Of a stretch of DNA of 64,000 nucleotides, positions 59,363 to 64,000 are shown piece after piece; position 1 is the stretch's first letter, and every line of letters starts with the position of its first letter. The notes beneath the pieces were generated by a model. The model did not search any database and was not told where the DNA came from. It was given only the letters and a program-made list of their open reading frames with translations. The DNA comes from an uncultured Methanosarcinaceae archaeon. GTDB lineage: Archaea > Halobacteriota > Methanosarcinia > Methanosarcinales > Methanosarcinaceae. The stretch covers positions 64,001 through 128,000 of the forward strand of contig CAVSHT010000003.1 of assembly GCA_963727895.1 (NCBI GenBank). Direction: 5' to 3'. The translations under genes and the position numbers were made by a program.

Positions 59363-59989
59363 TTGTTTAGCAATAGAACGATAATTATCGGATTATACAT
59401 AATTTCATTACTTAGTTCTTTACTCTTAGTCGTTATTTCAACTGATCTATTTTGCAGGCGACAAAGTACAATTAATCCGCAAATACTTAATAAGTATAGT
59501 AAATATATTCGAGTTACTGGTATCATCTTTTTTATTGTACCTACAGCTTTTTTCGTTCAATATATTCAGAATTACAATTCATCTCAAACTATACCCGATT
59601 TACAAATTGAATTTATTAATAACGGATCTAATGAGATTCATATTTATGGTCAAGGAAAATTTATACTCACCGAATTCAAAACACCATTAACTGACCAGCA
59701 AGTGGCTTCAGGAAAAATCAAATTGAAAACAGCTGATAATAATTATCAAAATGAATTTATAATTTCTCCAAAAGGAAAGTTAATTGTTTATGCTCAAGTT
59801 ATTAACCCAGTAGGCTATCTGCATCTTTTTCAAAGAGGAGACATTAACACGTGGTTAATATTTAATCAAGCGGATGGAAAAATGATTACTGTACAAGGAA
59901 TACCCTTTGATAGAGAGACATTTTCAAATTACTGTATTCCCTTTGAAATTGGAAACACTCACGAAGACTCAAATACAAGCATCCTTTGA
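59363..59989 (+). CDS. Hypothetical membrane protein, possibly 5'-truncated by IS1
   Basis: 208-aa ORF starting 6 bp after the IS end; two TMs. Confidence 0.55.
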   Translation: MFSNRTIIIGLYIISLLSSLLLVVISTDLFCRRQSTINPQILNKYSKYIRVTGIIFFIVPTAFFVQYIQNYNSSQTIPDLQIEFINNGSNEIHIYGQGKFILTEFKTPLTDQQVASGKIKLKTADNNYQNEFIISPKGKLIVYAQVINPVGYLHLFQRGDINTWLIFNQADGKMITVQGIPFDRETFSNYCIPFEIGNTHEDSNTSIL

Positions 59990-60092
59990 TCCACTACATA
60001 CAAAGGATGACCAGTAAAACAGCTAAATGAAAATATGTATAAGTAAGTATTCAATATTAAAAGTTTGATCAAAGAGAGAAGGAGTAGGTCTC

Positions 60093-60443
60093 TTACTCTT
60101 CAGCTCTCTGAATCCGTTTTCCCCCAAATGCATGAATAGTTCTCGTTCCAGCAATACACCTTCCCCCTTGCTCTGTCTCCTTAGGAATGAATAATTCGTC
60201 TCCGGGATTAAGAACAAACTCTTCGTCATTCAATATCGCTGTATACTGACCGCTAACGCAAACCATGTATTCATCAAATTCATGGGTATGCTTCTTAGAA
60301 ACTCTGTCAGAATAACATGTCCAGAACGCCATCTGACTGCCGTCTGTGCCTTCGTAAAAATAGCCGTCGATGTCCTCAGTATTTTGTTCCTTATTGCTAA
60401 TATGATTACTTTTACTTTTCATAAACTCAGGAAAATCTTTCAC
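60093..60443 (-). CDS. Cupin domain protein
   Basis: HTHEFDEY..C..G, PGDELFIP; RBS GGAGG. Confidence 0.88.
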   Translation of the reverse strand: MKDFPEFMKSKSNHISNKEQNTEDIDGYFYEGTDGSQMAFWTCYSDRVSKKHTHEFDEYMVCVSGQYTAILNDEEFVLNPGDELFIPKETEQGGRCIAGTRTIHAFGGKRIQRAEE

Positions 60444-60716
60444 ACTTGAAAACCTCCTAGTATTTAAGTAATCTACATAATATTAAATCAATGTATGAAT
60501 TGTAACGTCAAATCAAAAAACAACTCATTGAAAACTTGTATTCCTTAGTCGCAAGTTGAAATAACACAAAATGGTAATTGATATATATCATAATGTTTTA
60601 TGCTATTGATTTTATATTACCACAAATAGAGTTGTATTAACTAAAAAATTCAGTATCATTTAAGCATTTCAGTATATTTATTACTTTAGCAGACATCAAA
60701 ATATTGAGGTGAACAA

Positions 60717-60857
60717 ATGCCAGCAAGAAAAGTAAAGAATGATAATAAAGAAAAGGAGTTAATGGCAAAACTAGAATCAATAGAAGAAAAAAGAAAAGAT
60801 ACTGCAGAACAAATAAACATAGAAGAGGAACTCGATGAAAGTAAAAGGCCCAAATAA
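60717..60857 (+). CDS. Small charged protein (46 aa)
   Basis: SD GAGGTGA then ATG; MPARKVKNDNKEKELMAKLESIEEKRKDTAEQINIEEELDESKRPK. Confidence 0.6.
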   Translation: MPARKVKNDNKEKELMAKLESIEEKRKDTAEQINIEEELDESKRPK

Positions 60858-61193
60858 ACAGTATGTTACAAAAAGATAGTTACATACTAACTATTGTTGC
60901 AGACAAAAAAATTTGATTCAATATTTTTCATGAGTTAAATCCATTTATATTTATATCTCTTTTTTAATCCAATAGAAATTAAGGCACTATATTTTATTTT
61001 AGGATTTTGCTTCGATTTCAATGCTTCTGAACTCAAAAAGAGAAACATAAATTTTACCATGAAAAATATGATCAGAAGCATATTTCTTTAAGGAAATGCT
61101 TCTTCTCTGAAAATAAAATTTTTTTCTGAGACAAAACATTATTTTTTCTTTAATTGCAGTGAATTAAAAGCTTTAATTGATAATTCATAATTA

Positions 61194-62459
61194 TTAGAAT
61201 TTACCACGGCCAAGCTGGGCATGAGCACGGGCAAGGTGGCCTGCAGCCTGAGCTCCTATAAGGTTAACTTCTCCTGCAAGCACGGCAGCAGCTACAATTT
61301 CCGCAAATTTCTTAGAGTTTGTTCCGGGAACATCACCTGCCCCTGCAACGCCGAGAATATTCAAGCAATCTCTCTGGGTTCCAAGACCAGTGCCTCCCCC
61401 AACAGTTCCTACAGGTAGAGCAGGTAGAGTGACAGTACAGTGAATCTCTTCGTATTTTGTAAGTTCCATGCTTGTAATTGCAGTGCTTCCTTCGACAACA
61501 TGGGCTGCGTCTTGTCCACAGGCTAGATATATCGCAGCAATAATATTTGCAGCATGGGCATTGAAGCCAAGCGCTCCTGCTCTTGCAGATCCAAGCAGGT
61601 TTTTGCTGTAGTTAACCTCAAACATGGACTCAGGAGTACATTTCAGAATTTCCTTGACAAGCTCTTTTGGAATCGTAACTTCGGCTACAACAGTTTTTCC
61701 CCTTCCTAATATTGTGCTGATCGAAGCCGGTTTTTTGTCGGTACACATGTTTCCTGAAACGGTAACAGGATGTGCGCCGAATTCATCTTCTATCAGGTGC
61801 GTCACTGCCTCAGTAGCTATAGTTACCATGTTCATGCCCATAGCGTCTTTTGTATCGTACGAGAACCTGAGATGTACATATGTGCCGACTACGAAGGGTT
61901 TTACAGAAAGTAATTTTCCAAAACGTGTAGTTTTTTCAGCAACGGTTTTCATTTGCTCAAAAACTTCAGGGCATTTTACCCACTCATAAAATTCCTTAGC
62001 CCTGATAAGGTTCTCAAGCTTAAAAACAGGTGCTCTGGTCATTTCGTCTTCAAATACCTTTACGTTTGCTCCTCCGGATTTTGTAATAACTGAACAGCCG
62101 CGGTTTACACCGGCAACAAGAGCTCCTTCTGTTGTAGCAAGTGGGATGTAATATTCAGAATTCGCATATTCACCCTTTACTTTCAGAAGCCCGGCAATTC
62201 CGAGAGGAATCTGAACTGCACCTATCATGTTCTCAATGTTCTTTTTTGATGCAACTTCTACATCCAGAGAATAATTTTGAATATGCTCAAACTCGAGTTT
62301 CATAAATTCTTGTATTGCAAGCCGTCTGAGTTTTACGGAAGTCAACGGATCTGCAAACTCCTCAACCTTGCGGAGGGCTAAATCCCCATCCAGAATTTTT
62401 TGTAAAAGGACTTTTTCTTCGTCATTTAAATCATAATCCTCTGAAAACATGAAAATCAC
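61194..62459 (-). CDS. hmgA: HMG-CoA reductase (NADPH, class I)
   Basis: IENMIG, PLATTEGAL, DAMGMNM, GN.CTDKK, GTVGGGT. Confidence 0.97.
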   Translation of the reverse strand: MIFMFSEDYDLNDEEKVLLQKILDGDLALRKVEEFADPLTSVKLRRLAIQEFMKLEFEHIQNYSLDVEVASKKNIENMIGAVQIPLGIAGLLKVKGEYANSEYYIPLATTEGALVAGVNRGCSVITKSGGANVKVFEDEMTRAPVFKLENLIRAKEFYEWVKCPEVFEQMKTVAEKTTRFGKLLSVKPFVVGTYVHLRFSYDTKDAMGMNMVTIATEAVTHLIEDEFGAHPVTVSGNMCTDKKPASISTILGRGKTVVAEVTIPKELVKEILKCTPESMFEVNYSKNLLGSARAGALGFNAHAANIIAAIYLACGQDAAHVVEGSTAITSMELTKYEEIHCTVTLPALPVGTVGGGTGLGTQRDCLNILGVAGAGDVPGTNSKKFAEIVAAAVLAGEVNLIGAQAAGHLARAHAQLGRGKF

Positions 62460-62942
62460 CTGTTTAAATTATTTTTATGTTCATATCTTTAAAATTAGTT
62501 GATTGAAAGGCTGAAATATTCAGTGTTAATCAGTTATTTTAATATGTTTTGTACTAAAACCCATTTTTATCCTAATTATGTGATATTGGCATATAATTCA
62601 TTCCTTAATGTGAGATCTCATATTTTGTTTTCTAAATGGGATAATATTGTATAAAACATAAAAAGTTATACATTTTTGTCAAAAGTTCATATTTTTAAAA
62701 ATTAATCCATAAATCAAAATTGGTTTTCTGAATTTCAAAATTTGAGCAATCAACCTAGTTTTTTCATTGAATATTTTGCCACAAAAGTTATGCAGTTTGA
62801 TCACGTTGTTGTGATGGTTTTCTCTTGGAAGAATTTGGAATATAACCAAAATCTATGATCCTTAAAGAAAATATTCTGAGATTAAAGGATGTTTCTATAT
62901 CCAGATCACGAAATCTGAAATTGAAGCTTGCTTAAAAAAGAA

Positions 62943-63690
62943 GGTATTGATACTTAAACATAGTTATATATTATTAGAAAGTATATTTCTTCATGAACTG
63001 CCCCAGATGCAATAGTTCCAGTCACAAAAATAATGGTATAGTTGGTGGGCGTCAACGCTACAAATGCCATGATCCATGATTGTGGATATAACTATACAGT
63101 AGAGCTAAAATCAACTGCTTTTTCCACCTCTGTCAAAAAACAGGCTTTACAACTTTACCTTGAAGGATTGGGCTTTCGCTCAATAGGAAGAGTTTTAGGG
63201 GTGAGTCATGTTTCTGTCCAAAAATGGATCAAGAAATTTGGTCAGGAGTTAGAGGACCTAAAAAGTGAAAATGAGATATCTATTGTTGAAATGGATGAAA
63301 TGCACACTTACATCGGTAACAAAAAAAAATATTGCTGGATCTGGATTGCTGTTGATAGAGTTGGGAAAAAGTTCATCAACTGCTCTTTTGGTAGCAGAGG
63401 AACGGAAACTGGAAAACTACTCTGGGAAAAATTGAAGAAAAAAGAGATTGGAGAAGTGATGACAGATCACTGGAGAGCATATGCAGAGTTTATTCCTGAA
63501 ACGATTCATACTCAATCAAAAGCAGAAACATTTACAGTTGAAGGATATAACAGCATATTGAGGCATTTTCTAGCAAGATTGAGAAGAAAAACAAAGTGTT
63601 ATACAAAAAGTCTTGAAATGCTAAAGTACTCGGTTATTCTATTGATGAAATAAAGAAATAAAGAACTAGATATAGTTAAGTAACAATACC
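62943..63690 (+). mobile_element. IS1 element; InsA disrupted by a 7-bp duplication, A9 in-frame InsAB fusion
   Basis: GGTATTG...CAATACC; CCATGAT x2 near 63067-63080; near-duplicated flanks AAAAAGAA/AAAAATAA. Confidence 0.92.
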
Positions 63691-64000
63691 AAAAATAAGT
63701 ATCTAATAGTTAAATAAGAAAAGTAAAAAAGAACTGAAGTAGGATCTCCCTCATGTCCTACCACAGATCCTTGGAGGTTTTATGTTGTGGAGGTTTTATG
63801 TTGTTTTAAGACGTTTTGCCATTTTTGTTTTTGCCATTTTTGGTACTCCAGATTTACTGGTCTACTGAATTACTGTATCGTCTTCTCGGGATCCGCGTAA
63901 ACTTCATGTTTACTGATAAAGGTTCCCTCTTTGAGATATTTAACTCTCATTTGTTGATGATTGGGGTCCATGATACACATCCAGATTTTAGAGACTCTCT

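Overview
AT-rich archaeal chromosome segment, almost certainly Methanosarcina: it carries MC1 chromatin protein, PGF-pre-PGF/PKD surface proteins, archaeal RadA, HmgA, NadA/NadC/aspartate dehydrogenase, uS15 and an AglB paralogue. Intact housekeeping genes sit among heavy decay: about 8 disrupted accessory genes, five IS1 copies, an IS481/IS3-like rve element with a miniature copy, a dead IS110 nested in an IS6 relic, and several MITE families. Best leads: (1) a two-lobed bridge-RNA-like fold upstream of the IS110 recombinase whose loops both carry the element's CTAA junction core; (2) a roughly 5-15 kb island that looks like an integrated replicon (divergent wHTH gene, 24-bp periodic CCGG array, orphan Rep-like ORF, structured non-coding DNA including a degenerate hammerhead-like motif, RelE-type toxin-antitoxin pair); (3) a GT4-fusion/GH130/GT4/cupin mannoside operon of unknown product. 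No CRISPR array, rRNA or tRNA was seen. All product calls are motif recognition by eye, not database hits.
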